From Fonticula alba ATCC 38817 (lineage: Eukaryota > Protista > Nucleariida), in assembly GCA_000388065.2 (NCBI GenBank), contig KB932201.1: a stretch of 6,901 nucleotides of DNA. One strand, given 5' to 3'. Positions 6,282-6,901 of the stretch are shown in pieces. Made by a program: the position numbers and the translations under genes. Every line of letters begins with the position of its first letter. The first letter of the stretch is position 1. The notes beneath the pieces are model-generated. The model was not told the DNA's origin. It saw only the letters and a list, made by a program, of their open reading frames with translations, and did not search any database.

Positions 6282-6532
6282 CAACGCCCAGCCGCGTGGA
6301 GGACCGCTGGACAATGTGCCATCATGCCCATGCGCGGCTGGTCCCGTGAGCAATCACACGTCCCACGCTTCCGGCAGGCGAATGACCCCAGGGGGCGTGA
6401 TCGACACCTGCAGAGCGCCAGAGCCATTCTAGCCCGGGCGGGGCTCGCGCCCGAATGACTTGCTTCCCACATTCATTCCCGATGGCATCCCCCCGGACTT
6501 TGCACACTGTTGCTTTTCTCCATCGGTCCTTC

Positions 6533-6533
<1 letters not shown>

Positions 6534-6589
<56 letters not shown>
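6534..6589. repeat. (CT)n microsatellite followed by TTTCCAG
   Basis: About 28 CT units with one interruption. Confidence 0.95.
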
Positions 6590-6591
<2 letters not shown>

Positions 6592-6901
6592 TTCCAGGGT
6601 GATATTGTGTCGTGGCCATGCTTGGTCGGCACCTCCCCCGGCTCTCCAGCCGTAGGTGAGGAAGTGGGCCTCACATCGGCCGGCTCCTGTGTCCCCGTGC
6701 CGGAGGGACCCTTCTGACCCGTGGAGGATTGGATTTACCTCCCCCTCTCCTTGGCATGATGGCCCAGGGCGGTGCGGTGGCACAGGCCCTTTGCCCCCTC
6801 CACACGGCTCCCCGATTGGAGAATCGACAGGGGCCAGGCGCCTGCCTTGGCCGGCTACCCTCTTCCACCAATCCGAAGATCCACATAGCATCGCATTCCC
6901 C

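Noticed and set aside
1-6901. tRNA, rRNA, CRISPR array, transposon or viral genes
   Set aside because: No cloverleaf or rRNA signature, no repeat-spacer periodicity, no terminal inverted repeats and no transposase, RT or integrase motifs seen by eye.

Overview
GC-rich, intron-containing eukaryotic genomic DNA with homopolymer runs, microsatellites and a 39-N assembly gap. The style suggests a unicellular protist such as Fonticula, but that is only an impression. The window holds two convergent spliced genes that the six-frame ORF track fragments. (1) Plus strand, 5'-partial (about 21-1225, possibly ending at 1533). Once GT-AG introns are removed, it reads as the hinge and C-lobe of a PI3K-family lipid kinase domain whose catalytic DRH..N loop and DFG are degenerate (SKEH..V, DFC), so it is a candidate PI3K pseudokinase. 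(2) Minus strand, complete, 4 exons (5338-2009, 816 aa). It encodes a secreted PI-PLC X-domain protein of the Rv2075c-like type with both catalytic His retained, followed by what looks like a circularly permuted C-type lectin domain with a large insertion at the permutation joint. The region 5340-6901 has no convincing CDS, only microsatellites, an AT-rich island and orphan splice signals. No RNA genes, mobile elements or CRISPR arrays were seen. All homology calls come from by-eye motif comparison with remembered family sequences; no searches were run.
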